From positions 1-64,000 of IMG/VR virus record IMGVR_UViG_3300042566_000510: DNA of 64,000 bases. One strand, 5' to 3'. The stretch's first letter is position 1, and each line of letters opens with the position of its first letter. A model generated the notes under the pieces. It was given only the letters and a program-made list of their open reading frames with translations, was not told where the DNA came from and ran no database searches. Both the position numbers and the translations under genes were made by a program. Shown here one piece after another: positions 37,247-45,821 of the stretch. The DNA is from a virus.

Positions 37247-37777
37247 TCACACCGTGCATCCCTCGTGCAGCTCGCGCTTGGCCTTGATGTATGCCAGGTG
37301 CGCAAGCTCGGGCGTGTCATGCATGCCAAGGAAGCGCCGCTTCCCCTTCACAAAAATCCTCGCCATGTAGCGACCGGATGGGTCTGGCGTCACGCCCATC
37401 AGTCCTGAAGTGTTGTTGCGATATGCTGAGCGTTTATTCTCCGAGTTCACGCGCGGCGTTACGTCTCGCAAGTTCGACATTCGATTGTCGGTCTTCACCC
37501 CATTGATGTGGTCAATCTGCCCGGCCGGAAATTCTCCGTACACGTACAGCCATGCAACGCGATGAGCGGTCAGTTGATGTCCCCTCGCCCAGATCTTAAG
37601 GTAGCCGGCACTAGCCTTTTTCTCCGCCCTGGCTCCCGCCTTGTGCGGCCGCTCTCCCCACCCATCGGTGCGCCAGCGAAACTCGCCGGTCTCTGGGTCG
37701 TAGATGAGGATTGACCGAACCCACTCTGCTGTGACGGGCGGTTTTGTGAGGTGAGTGTGTAAGTTCTTGGTTTTCAT
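37247..37777 (-). CDS. HNH homing endonuclease with AP2-like C-terminus
   Basis: YDPETGEF; AHRVAW; IDHING..DNR..NLR; NTSG..GV..Y.ARI..LG. Confidence 0.9.
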   Translation of the reverse strand: MKTKNLHTHLTKPPVTAEWVRSILIYDPETGEFRWRTDGWGERPHKAGARAEKKASAGYLKIWARGHQLTAHRVAWLYVYGEFPAGQIDHINGVKTDNRMSNLRDVTPRVNSENKRSAYRNNTSGLMGVTPDPSGRYMARIFVKGKRRFLGMHDTPELAHLAYIKAKRELHEGCTV

Positions 37778-37785
37778 AGCGTAGT

Positions 37786-37990
37786 ACGGCCTGCAAAGCC
37801 GTTGAAGTTTTCAGCCAGTATAACTCAATCCCTGCAAATTCAAAGACTTATTTACGCGAGTCCGACCTCGCACGCCTCGCTCAGCCCTCATTCCGGCTTA
37901 AAAACCACACGTTTTTGTGGTTGAACCACACGTAAACTTCCTTTCTTTCCGCTGACGGCGTAAGCTAAACCACACCTCACCACAACCACA
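37786..37990. other. Putative attP region
   Basis: Isolated tRNA-Cys anticodon arm ACGGC-CTGCAAA-GCCGT (37786-37802) and repeated AACCACA(C) boxes directly upstream of the integrase. Confidence 0.6.
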
Positions 37991-38000
37991 GAGGGTGGCC

Positions 38001-39140
38001 ATGGGCGTCCGTCAGACCCCGAGCGGGAAGTTCGAGCTGCGCATCACGCACCGTCTGTTGCCGAAGGCGGTGTACCTCACCTTCAACAACGAAGACGCTG
38101 CCAACGCGTACGGCGCGCAAGCACGCGAGCTCCTCGACTCTGGTGTTGTGCCGGCCGGACTGGTCGATGAGAAGAAGGTGCCAACGCAAACGCTGCACTC
38201 AGTGATCCGCGCATGGCAGGCGCACGGTCAACTCTCCACGGCTGATGACGAGATCCTCGACGTGCTGACGGGAGAGATCGGCAAGACCAAGCTGTCCGAG
38301 TTCACGTACGCCTGGTGCGAGCAATGGGTGCGCGATATGAAGCTCAAGGCCAACCTGGCGCCCGGCACCATCCGTAAGCGCATCGGCGCCCTCGCCCGCT
38401 GCGTTGACTGGGAACTCAGGAAGACGCCGGACCTGCTGGTCGGCAACCCCTTGCGCTCACTTCCGCGCGGATCAGCCACCTACAGCGCCAAGGATGCAGC
38501 GGAAGCGAAGAAGCTGGGCAAGAAGGTGCGGCAGGACGCAGTGCGTGATCGGCGCCTGCACAGTGGCGAGCATGAGCGAATCATGAAAGCGCTGGCCGGC
38601 GAAAAGCGAGAGGACCGTCAGCGGCCGCTCGAGCCCGATGAAGACCTGCGCGACCTGTACCTACTGATCTTGCATACAGGTATTCGACTGCGCGAGGCGT
38701 ACACCATTAAGCGTGAACAGGCCGGCGAACGCGTGCTGCGCATCAGCAGCTCGAAACAGTGGCACGGGCGGGAAGCCTGGCGCGATGTGCCCATGGTCAA
38801 AGAGATCCGTCAGATGATGGCCCGTCGTGCCGCTAAATCAAAGCCAGGAGCGCTTGTTTTCCCTTGGTGGGACGGAGACCCCCAAGAGCTCGACAAGGTC
38901 ACCACGCGGCTCTCTCGTCGCTTTGGCTTGCTGTTCAACTACGCAGGTTGCGTAGACTTGACTGAGCACGACTTGCGTCACGAGGCGACGTGCCGTTGGT
39001 TTGAGATGCGCGACAAGAGGGGTGGCTGGCTTTTCCGCGAAGCTGAGATCGAGAAGATCATGGGCTGGGCGCCGGACAGCTCAATGGCCAAGCGCTACGC
39101 ATCATTCCGAGCTGAAGACCTAGCCGAGCGTCTTGACTGA
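38001..39140 (+). CDS. int: Tyrosine integrase
   Basis: Catalytic set TGIRLRE, HDLRH, MGW, KRYA; LAPGTI core-binding motif. Confidence 0.92.
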   Translation: MGVRQTPSGKFELRITHRLLPKAVYLTFNNEDAANAYGAQARELLDSGVVPAGLVDEKKVPTQTLHSVIRAWQAHGQLSTADDEILDVLTGEIGKTKLSEFTYAWCEQWVRDMKLKANLAPGTIRKRIGALARCVDWELRKTPDLLVGNPLRSLPRGSATYSAKDAAEAKKLGKKVRQDAVRDRRLHSGEHERIMKALAGEKREDRQRPLEPDEDLRDLYLLILHTGIRLREAYTIKREQAGERVLRISSSKQWHGREAWRDVPMVKEIRQMMARRAAKSKPGALVFPWWDGDPQELDKVTTRLSRRFGLLFNYAGCVDLTEHDLRHEATCRWFEMRDKRGGWLFREAEIEKIMGWAPDSSMAKRYASFRAEDLAERLD

Positions 39141-39368
39141 CGGGAGGGCTGGAGGTGTGCGCCGCTTGCTCATGATCCGCTTGGGCTCGCGTCGGTCACG
39201 CGCCTCCTCGAGCGCCTTCTGATTCAGGCGATCACGCAGCGCATCGGCCGGAATGATCCAACTCCGGCCAAATTTCACACCCGGCAGGTCGCCATTGTTC
39301 AGGCGCTCTGCCACGATCTCTTCCGTGCAGCCGAGCATCTCGGCCACCTGGGTGACGTTGTAGATCAT
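39120..39368 (-). CDS. xis: Excisionase (HTH_17-like)
   Basis: VTQVAEMLG..GDLPGVKFGRSWII; convergent with and overlapping int. Confidence 0.8.
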   Translation of the reverse strand: MIYNVTQVAEMLGCTEEIVAERLNNGDLPGVKFGRSWIIPADALRDRLNQKALEEARDRREPKRIMSKRRTPPALPSVKTLG

Positions 39369-40018
39369 ATCCATTCGCTGCCAGTCCACCGCTCATCAAA
39401 TTTGTTTCTTTTGCGGCAGTTGAATACCGCCGGAATGACTGAAAGGTTGCTCCAAATGTGAAGGCCGCACACCTCTTTTCCTGCAAGCGGAGCAATGTGG
39501 TCGACATCCCACTGAAATCCGAACATCAGAGATCTGGCCTTAGCAAGGCGAGATGCCTCCGCTTCCACAAGCCGAGTGAACTCATCGCGCCATGGCTTTG
39601 CCGCGGAACGCCGTTGCGCCCTATCTCTTCTTCTTGCGGCGGCAATAATGTCTCCATTTGACCGTTTGTACTCGCGATTTCTTTGTCGCGCAAAATCCCG
39701 GTTTTTGTAGTACCACTTGAGTGCGTTCTCTTGCCTCCTTGCGAGTCTTTCTTCCTTTGGTGCAGGTATCCGCGGCTGACGTGGGTTGATTGGTTTTCCA
39801 GCGGCCACCAATACTGCCTCGTATCTCAATCTGCGGCGCGCCGACTCCTCTGCTTTTTGCCCCTGCGTGGCCGACTGCCTAGCAACTGCATCGCAGCTTT
39901 TGCAGCGGCGGCTTTGGCGGCCATGTCCTTTTGACGCAAATTGGAAAAGAGGTTTCTGCTTGTGACACACTGAGCAGGCTTTTGTGTCGCATCCGTCGAT
40001 ATTGGATTCAAAATTCAT
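39365..40018 (-). CDS. HNH endonuclease with N-terminal zinc finger
   Basis: CSVC..CKSC; WDVDHIAPL..VCGLHIWSNL..N..K.N. Confidence 0.85.
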   Translation of the reverse strand: MNFESNIDGCDTKACSVCHKQKPLFQFASKGHGRQSRRCKSCDAVARQSATQGQKAEESARRRLRYEAVLVAAGKPINPRQPRIPAPKEERLARRQENALKWYYKNRDFARQRNREYKRSNGDIIAAARRRDRAQRRSAAKPWRDEFTRLVEAEASRLAKARSLMFGFQWDVDHIAPLAGKEVCGLHIWSNLSVIPAVFNCRKRNKFDERWTGSEWI

Positions 40019-40251
40019 TTTGGCTCTTCAATGCGTAGGATCAGGCTGCGGTCCTCCTCGCGCACTCCATAGCCGGGGAATGTTTCCTGGTGCCGCGTCC
40101 AGCCTCCGGCGCAGTCGTAGAAGGCGCCAACCTTGATGCTGACGGCTAGGCTCTTCTTCTGAAAGCTCGCAAGCGCATTCTTCTCGAAGTCACACTCCGG
40201 CGTCAGCACGAGCTGCACAACGCCGTCCTCAATGTAGATAGCCGTCTTCAT
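40015..40251 (-). CDS. Hypothetical protein
   Basis: Coupled ORF with GGAGG RBS. Confidence 0.7.
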   Translation of the reverse strand: MKTAIYIEDGVVQLVLTPECDFEKNALASFQKKSLAVSIKVGAFYDCAGGWTRHQETFPGYGVREEDRSLILRIEEPK

Positions 40252-40616
40252 TTGCCTCCCAAATCTGTCTTCATCGCCGCCATAACTGCGTTCCGGCGGC
40301 GTGCGTGCATGGAGTCGCTCATCTTTAGCGCCTCATCAAGCTCAGGCTCTGGAAGTTCACCGGTCACCTTTGCTGTCATGCTAGAGATGATCATAATTAC
40401 GGTCTCCGTCATTGATCGATATTTATCCGTGTTCTTGGGATCGAGATGGATCAGCGACGAGAGCATTACGCCGACTAAGTCGCTCAGCTCCAACGCTTCA
40501 AACTGATGTGCCACAACATTGGCAAACGCCTTGCCTTTGACGGCAGACGTCGACTTCATCATCTCGTTGAGATCTTGGGTTAGATCCCTTGCCATTTTTT
40601 TGATTTCATCATTCAT
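40248..40616 (-). CDS. Hypothetical protein
   Basis: Coupled ORF in the early operon. Confidence 0.65.
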   Translation of the reverse strand: MNDEIKKMARDLTQDLNEMMKSTSAVKGKAFANVVAHQFEALELSDLVGVMLSSLIHLDPKNTDKYRSMTETVIMIISSMTAKVTGELPEPELDEALKMSDSMHARRRNAVMAAMKTDLGGK

Positions 40617-40827
40617 TACCGGACTCGCTTTCCTTCAAGATCCCGCTCAGCATCAGCCACCCGAGTAGCAGCGCCACGAGCGTGTTGATCACAGGGCTGA
40701 TCACAAACGCAGCGCACACGGCAACATCGCCATACCCAATGTATCGCTCGCGGCGCAAGCCCTCGTAGAGGACGTGCGCAACGAAGATCATTGACACCAA
40801 GTAAATTGCAACAGCTACCCAGAACAT
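40609..40827 (-). CDS. Small membrane protein
   Basis: Two hydrophobic segments; coupled start. Confidence 0.65.
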   Translation of the reverse strand: MFWVAVAIYLVSMIFVAHVLYEGLRRERYIGYGDVAVCAAFVISPVINTLVALLLGWLMLSGILKESESGNE

Positions 40828-41066
40828 CAGTACGCCTTCACCATCTTGAACTTAGGGATGATGCTCTTGGACATGTGCGACCCGAATGACGGCGCGCTCA
40901 GGAGCTCCGTTAGATGGCTCGGCTGCACGCCGGCGTACTCGTAGGTCTTGCCGGTCTTGAAGCGAATGTGCAGCGACTTGGTGTTGGTGTCGTAGTGATA
41001 GCTCTCGACGTTGCTTGACTTGACCGGCTTAAACGCCGGAGCCTTTGTTGTGTGTTTTGTTGTCAT
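40827..41066 (-). CDS. KTSC domain protein
   Basis: VKSSNV..YD..L.I.FKTG..YEY.GV..LL.APS.G. Confidence 0.85.
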   Translation of the reverse strand: MTTKHTTKAPAFKPVKSSNVESYHYDTNTKSLHIRFKTGKTYEYAGVQPSHLTELLSAPSFGSHMSKSIIPKFKMVKAY

Positions 41067-41069
41067 GAT

Positions 41070-41234
41070 TTACTTCTTTCCCATTTGAAATCCACGCCAG
41101 CATGTAAAGCATCGCCATTTGCCGGGACTCATCTCAACCCCGTTTGATGGCTCCTTCTTGTCGCCGCACCGCGAGCACTCCTTGAGCGCTCGCGTGTTCT
41201 TGGCAGTGCCTGGCAGAACGATCGGTGTATTCAT
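41070..41234 (-). CDS. 54-aa zinc-finger protein (not in ORF track)
   Basis: CSRC..CFTC; fills the gap in the operon with a coupled start. Confidence 0.6.
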   Translation of the reverse strand: MNTPIVLPGTAKNTRALKECSRCGDKKEPSNGVEMSPGKWRCFTCWRGFQMGKK

Positions 41235-41695
41235 CAGACGCAGTCGCCCAGGTATGGGGCAACCCAGCCTGGTGGCTTTCCAATCTTCTTGCCGTCAATC
41301 AGCACAGGCTTTCCGTCCACCAGCTTGGCATCGTTTGAGAACAGAACACGTCGGTCTGCTTCGTCCTTGTCAAACCTGGCCATGTAGGCGACGCCGTTGC
41401 CGGTGACTTCGCCATCGCACAGCGCGTCCAAGAGCTTCACGCGGTCCTTGATGCGGATGCCAGTGGAGCCTTGCTTGAGGCGATGGGCCAGTCCCTTGAG
41501 GCGCGTGGAGCACAGCTCGAGCTGGTCGTTGTCTGATGGAGATCCTGCGATGATGATCTCGTCGAGCTGCTCGCACAACTCCTCAAGGTGGCAGCCGAAC
41601 TGCACGGACAGGTTGGTTTCATTCTGCACCTTGCCGCAGGCTTCGAGCCAGCCGGCAGTGCGTTGGTAATTTGTCTTGTCGGATTTCAGGGTCAT
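41234..41695 (-). CDS. MazG-like / all-alpha NTP pyrophosphohydrolase
   Basis: EE..E, LLDALCD..V..G, V..SN..K and GKK..KPPGW..P motifs. Confidence 0.75.
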   Translation of the reverse strand: MTLKSDKTNYQRTAGWLEACGKVQNETNLSVQFGCHLEELCEQLDEIIIAGSPSDNDQLELCSTRLKGLAHRLKQGSTGIRIKDRVKLLDALCDGEVTGNGVAYMARFDKDEADRRVLFSNDAKLVDGKPVLIDGKKIGKPPGWVAPYLGDCV

Positions 41696-42027
41696 TTTTG
41701 TGTAGCGAGCGCCAAGCGCTCGGCGATGTTGTGAATGGTGGAATTGAAGTACCTGCGCACGGCGTACTGACGAATCATTGAAGCGGCCGTGTAAACCCAG
41801 CCTCCCCAGAAATTCGCCTCGGCCGTAACCGTGGCGCCATTGGTCATCAAGGGGAACATCACCACGTTTATCAGCATGTTGATGCTGAACCCGATAACGA
41901 TGTTCACCCACGCCTCGATGATTGCGCCGCGTGGAGTTTGCCCTGACCCTGTATTGTCCGCGTAAGTCATGGCCGTAAAGCCAACGACGAACGCAAACGA
42001 GACAAAGCCAAGGGCGGTAAGCGTCAT
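41692..42027 (-). CDS. Small conserved phage membrane protein
   Basis: Q..EA.VN..IGF.I..S.IRQY.VRRYFN family. Confidence 0.7.
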   Translation of the reverse strand: MTLTALGFVSFAFVVGFTAMTYADNTGSGQTPRGAIIEAWVNIVIGFSINMLINVVMFPLMTNGATVTAEANFWGGWVYTAASMIRQYAVRRYFNSTIHNIAERLALATQK

Positions 42028-42665
42028 TGCGCAGGCCCGGTTGCGAGCGCGTTTGACTCGGCGATCAAGCGGGCGTCATTCTCGCGAGCTGCATGCTCTC
42101 GCATGCCGATGTCAACCCCGTACTCGAGCGCCATATCAACCGCATACTTCAGGTCTGCAATTGACCCGCGGTTGTCAATGACGTAGTCGTACGGCAGCGT
42201 GTCGACGAGAGACTCGCTGGCATGCGCACGCACAGCCTCGATGCCTGGGCGCAGGATCTTCCACACGACGCCGCCTTGAGCCTTAACCCAAGCAGCTTCG
42301 TTTGGAAAGCGCACGTCACTGATGACAACGCCGGGACTGCCGAACTTGCGGAACAGTGCAATGCGTGACTCGGCGATCTTCAGCCAGAAGTCGGGGTGAA
42401 GCGTGCGGCCCCACTCTGTGCCCAAAAGCTGGGCCATCTGGCGATAGCTTGCGCCGAGCTCGGGGATCTCACGCTCCTTGAGTTCGCGCTCGGTCATCCA
42501 CTTCTCGTCAACGCCTACGCTGTCCAACAGCTCGCGCAGCATGTCCCGGATAGGGTCAGCAAACGCGATGCCGTCGTACCCGTGGCGGGCGTCGAGGATC
42601 TCGCGAACTGTATCCTTGCCGCTTCCGGCCACGCCTGTCAGGCCGATCAGGAGGGGCTTGGTCAT
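42024..42665 (-). CDS. Deoxynucleoside monophosphate kinase
   Basis: GLTG.AGSGKDT P-loop, FADP, R..Q.LGTEWGR, SDVRF.NE, H.SE. Confidence 0.9.
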   Translation of the reverse strand: MTKPLLIGLTGVAGSGKDTVREILDARHGYDGIAFADPIRDMLRELLDSVGVDEKWMTERELKEREIPELGASYRQMAQLLGTEWGRTLHPDFWLKIAESRIALFRKFGSPGVVISDVRFPNEAAWVKAQGGVVWKILRPGIEAVRAHASESLVDTLPYDYVIDNRGSIADLKYAVDMALEYGVDIGMREHAARENDARLIAESNALATGPAQ

Positions 42666-42862
42666 AGCTCCTCCCATTTTTCATAGTAGTAGCTGCCGCG
42701 GACGCGGCCATCATCCTGCAGCACAATGATTCCACCGTGGTTCTCAACAATACGGCGACCATTGATCGTCTTGCTAGTGCCAAGCTGAAGATTCCCATTG
42801 CTATCAATCAGCAACACGTCTGGTTGCTTAATGCCAAGGAGGCGCAAGATAAACTTCTTCAT
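42662..42862 (-). CDS. Hypothetical protein
   Basis: GGAGG RBS, coupled at both ends. Confidence 0.6.
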   Translation of the reverse strand: MKKFILRLLGIKQPDVLLIDSNGNLQLGTSKTINGRRIVENHGGIIVLQDDGRVRGSYYYEKWEEL

Positions 42863-43332
42863 GCATCCTCCCGCATAACGGTTTCTGACTCGGTGCCTTG
42901 CGATACCCAACCCGCTGTCGGGCTCATTCCGTTGCCGCCGGGATGGCCGGCAACCGGGACCGCGACCAGACGCTGCACGGTCTCGCGCACAGCGTTCGGC
43001 TTGAACACGGTGTACAGCGCATCCTTGTAGGCGGCAGCGCTGGCCTCGGAGACTTTCTTCTCCCAGATCGCTTCAGCACCTTTGTTTGCCAAGTCAGCCA
43101 TGCCAGCGATATGCTTTTCCTGCTCATTAACTCGTGCAGTCAGGCGCAGGATCTCAGCGCTCTTATCGCTGTTGGCAGCGAGAGCAGCGTCGTAACGCTT
43201 CTGTAGCGCATCGCGCTCATCAAGCGTTTTCTTCAGGTCATCCTTCAGCTGCTTGATGCCATCGAGCGCATCCAGATTGAAGGTCTTTGACTCGACCAGG
43301 TTGTCGATTTGTTTCAGTAGATCCTGGCTCAT
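42859..43332 (-). CDS. Coiled-coil hypothetical protein
   Basis: GAGGAGG RBS, coupled ORF. Confidence 0.7.
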   Translation of the reverse strand: MSQDLLKQIDNLVESKTFNLDALDGIKQLKDDLKKTLDERDALQKRYDAALAANSDKSAEILRLTARVNEQEKHIAGMADLANKGAEAIWEKKVSEASAAAYKDALYTVFKPNAVRETVQRLVAVPVAGHPGGNGMSPTAGWVSQGTESETVMREDA

Positions 43333-44222
43333 GCTTCCTCCTCGATCTGAATTTCACCATCCATGGCCAGGACCAGGTCGTCAATGAGCTCACCAATGAG
43401 CTTGGTCGCCAAGAAGACATCCGAGTCGAATGCGTCGTCATGCTCAGCGCTCATGTCGTCTTGGGCGTCGAGGCAGATCTTCTTCAAAACCATACCTTCA
43501 TTTATGACGAATGAGGCGTGCTTGGAGCGAACGCCCAGCTTGGTCACGCTCTTGCCTTGCTTCAGGTGATCACGCACTGCATCGATGTCCAGCGAGTGAT
43601 TCTTGAAGGACGCCTTCGCCTTCGACTCGTCATGCGCCTCGAGCTCACACTCGCGACCGGCCTCGAAGTCGGCGATGTCGCCATCCTCATCCAGCAGCAA
43701 GTTGTGCATGAATGTGTTGGGGTGCTTTACCGTGCTGAGCATGGACAGTGTGAAGCCGGAGCGCACAAGCATGGTCACCACCTCGTCAGCCGATGCTCTT
43801 GATGCGGTGTTGAGCACAACGCGCATGGCCAGTGGATCGATCCAGACCATCACGTCCTTGCGCTTTGGAAAGGCCTTTGGCAACAGGTCAAACTTTGCAG
43901 CCTCCTTGATTTCGCGGCGCTCCTTCTTTCCTGGCTTGCGACCTGTAGTAGCTTCGATGCGAGCAGCTTGCGCGTCGACAGCCTTGATCAACTCGCTGGC
44001 CGGCACAGACTTCGTCTCAATGGCGAGGCGAGCGATGTGGTGACCGCCGATTGCCTCGATGAACGCGCCATGCTCGATGCCGCGTGAAGGCACCCACCCC
44101 ACAGACTTCTCTTGGGATGCGCCACACGGAGCGAACTCCTCGCTTTCCATGGCTTGTTCAGCCGCTGCGATGCCGCCGTCAGGCAGCTTCGTCAGCTTGT
44201 AGATGATTGCGTTGCTAAACAT
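43329..44222 (-). CDS. rdgC: Recombination-associated protein RdgC
   Basis: MF.N..IY; F.PC..Q..S.GWVP; K.VPA; LLPKAF; GK.VTKL; F..D..L. Confidence 0.92.
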   Translation of the reverse strand: MFSNAIIYKLTKLPDGGIAAAEQAMESEEFAPCGASQEKSVGWVPSRGIEHGAFIEAIGGHHIARLAIETKSVPASELIKAVDAQAARIEATTGRKPGKKERREIKEAAKFDLLPKAFPKRKDVMVWIDPLAMRVVLNTASRASADEVVTMLVRSGFTLSMLSTVKHPNTFMHNLLLDEDGDIADFEAGRECELEAHDESKAKASFKNHSLDIDAVRDHLKQGKSVTKLGVRSKHASFVINEGMVLKKICLDAQDDMSAEHDDAFDSDVFLATKLIGELIDDLVLAMDGEIQIEEEA

Positions 44223-44242
44223 ATTTAGATCTCGTTTTACTC

Positions 44243-44584
44243 TCAGGAAATACGCAGGATCTGAACCTTCTGGTCGCGGATCGTTGTGGTGTAGTTGCCT
44301 TTGCCAAAAAATCCGTTAGCAGATCCTCCGATCGCAGCGCGAAATGCAACGACCGATGTGCCGTCTGGCGCTGCGAACTCTCTAGCATCTCCAATCTTCA
44401 TATCCTTAAGGCTGTTGATGTAGCCAGTTGACTTGGCAAAATTGTTTTTGCGCGTGAACTTCTTAGGTGCAACTACCGCCAGATCGCCGTACTCTCTACC
44501 GTCGGGCGCAATGATTTTGTACCTGCAACCCGCAGCGTCGATCATTGCAATTCCGCGGATCATTGTCTTTTCTTTGATTTCCAT
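44243..44584 (-). CDS. Hypothetical protein
   Basis: AAAGGA RBS before MEIKEK. Confidence 0.65.
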   Translation of the reverse strand: MEIKEKTMIRGIAMIDAAGCRYKIIAPDGREYGDLAVVAPKKFTRKNNFAKSTGYINSLKDMKIGDAREFAAPDGTSVVAFRAAIGGSANGFFGKGNYTTTIRDQKVQILRIS

Positions 44585-44609
44585 GATGTACTTCCTTTGA
44601 TACTTAGTC

Positions 44610-44680
44610 GGCCTACTCGCTGCGTCTGGTGCAATTGCTTGGCGCTTGTTACGGCGCACCACCAGCATCCGCTTTTGGCC
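44610..44680 (-). ncRNA. Candidate intergenic structured RNA with a loop-E-like internal loop
   Basis: GGCC-AAAA-GC..CTGGTG/CACCAG..GC-GAGTA-GGCC nested stems. Confidence 0.4.
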
Positions 44681-44699
44681 TATTTGTTACGCCACTGGC

Positions 44700-45143
44700 T
44701 TACGCCTGTGGTTCTTTCGCGCCTTCGCTGGCGTTTGTGTCGTCGTCGGTAGCTTCGATAGCGCCGGTGGTATCACCTTCGTTGCTGGCGCCGACCAGAC
44801 CAGTCTCCGAGGCGGAGGCGCCGTCGGTCTCAGCGAATGGCCCGTTGCCGCCTTGCAGCTGCTGCTCGAGTTGCTCGGTTTTTGCCGCCTGGCCGATCTG
44901 GTATTCCATCCATGTCGCATGCGCATGGTCTGGCTTGTTGTCGCCAGGCTGCACAAACACGACACTGCTGCGCGGTTGCCAGTTCCCGTAGGCGTCACAC
45001 ACGCTCAGGTTAACCAGGCGGTCGTTGTGAATGCCAGCAATCATGGCCGGCAGAGGCTGCCCGTTCAGGCGCGCAATGCCGTCGTGCTCGGAAGCGTGGA
45101 AGTGGATGATGCGTCCTGGGGTTAGGGGGATGACTTTAGTCAC
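44700..45143 (-). CDS. Hypothetical protein (P.GRI.HF..PA.I..VNL.V family)
   Basis: GAAAGGAAA RBS, GTG start; acidic tail. Confidence 0.7.
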   Translation of the reverse strand: MTKVIPLTPGRIIHFHASEHDGIARLNGQPLPAMIAGIHNDRLVNLSVCDAYGNWQPRSSVVFVQPGDNKPDHAHATWMEYQIGQAAKTEQLEQQLQGGNGPFAETDGASASETGLVGASNEGDTTGAIEATDDDTNASEGAKEPQA

Positions 45144-45280
45144 TGGGTTTCCTTTCGGTGGTTGGTTATTTTTTTTTGCACTGAGAGCCAGAGGCAGAGC
45201 ACCAGCCCAGACAAGAAGCCCAGGACAAACGCTCCGAACAGCCACTCAGCGATAGAGCCAAAGCTGATGGTGGCGATCAT
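45140..45280 (-). CDS. 46-aa single-pass membrane peptide (not in ORF track)
   Basis: MIATISFGSIAEWLFGAFVLGFLSGLVLCLWLSVQKK..; coupled on both sides. Confidence 0.6.
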   Translation of the reverse strand: MIATISFGSIAEWLFGAFVLGFLSGLVLCLWLSVQKKITNHRKETQ

Positions 45281-45780
45281 TTCGCGCCAACAGCCTTTGG
45301 CAGAGGGAATGGCACTTCAAGCGTGGAGGCGCAGGAGCCGTCTTGAGCCTTGCCTGGATGCTTGGACCAGTTGTCCACGGGGGCAACCATCACGCAGCCT
45401 TGTGTCGCACTGACGGTGCTGCACATCACAGTTGCCTTCTCGACCTGCAGGTTCTTGGTCTTACCCTCTTCGCGATCAGTGCGCATGAAGACAACCTCGG
45501 CCCAGCCGTCGCCTTGTGGGCAGGTGGATGAGTGCGTGGTGTCCGCCTTCACGACAGATTCCCAGCCTTGAATGCGTGGGTTCTGGCGCTGATACTCGGC
45601 AGCTGCAGCGCCGGCATTGGAGCGGCCCTGTGCGCGCTGCTCTTCAACGGTTTGGAAGGAGAAGGCTTTGTCTTTGGTGACGCTGCCTGACTCTTTCATA
45701 GCCTGCTCAACAGGCTTCTCACCGCAAGCGGCGAGCAGTGCGATTGCCAAGGCAATCAGGGGGTACATGAGTTTTTTCAT
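45277..45780 (-). CDS. Lipoprotein
   Basis: MKK, hydrophobic stretch, LAAC lipobox; four further Cys. Confidence 0.8.
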   Translation of the reverse strand: MKKLMYPLIALAIALLAACGEKPVEQAMKESGSVTKDKAFSFQTVEEQRAQGRSNAGAAAAEYQRQNPRIQGWESVVKADTTHSSTCPQGDGWAEVVFMRTDREEGKTKNLQVEKATVMCSTVSATQGCVMVAPVDNWSKHPGKAQDGSCASTLEVPFPLPKAVGAK

Positions 45781-45821
45781 GGTTGGGTTTTCCTATGGTT
45801 GGTTGAGAGAAATCGTTGACT

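Noticed and set aside
37171-37880. tRNA-Cys split by an HNH-containing intron
   Set aside because: The tRNA at 37171-37242 is complete, the HNH gene lies outside it on the opposite strand, and no group I intron core is evident.
36910-39140. Prophage boundary with flanking host DNA
   Set aside because: Both sides of the integrase/att region are phage genes, and no host housekeeping genes occur in the window.
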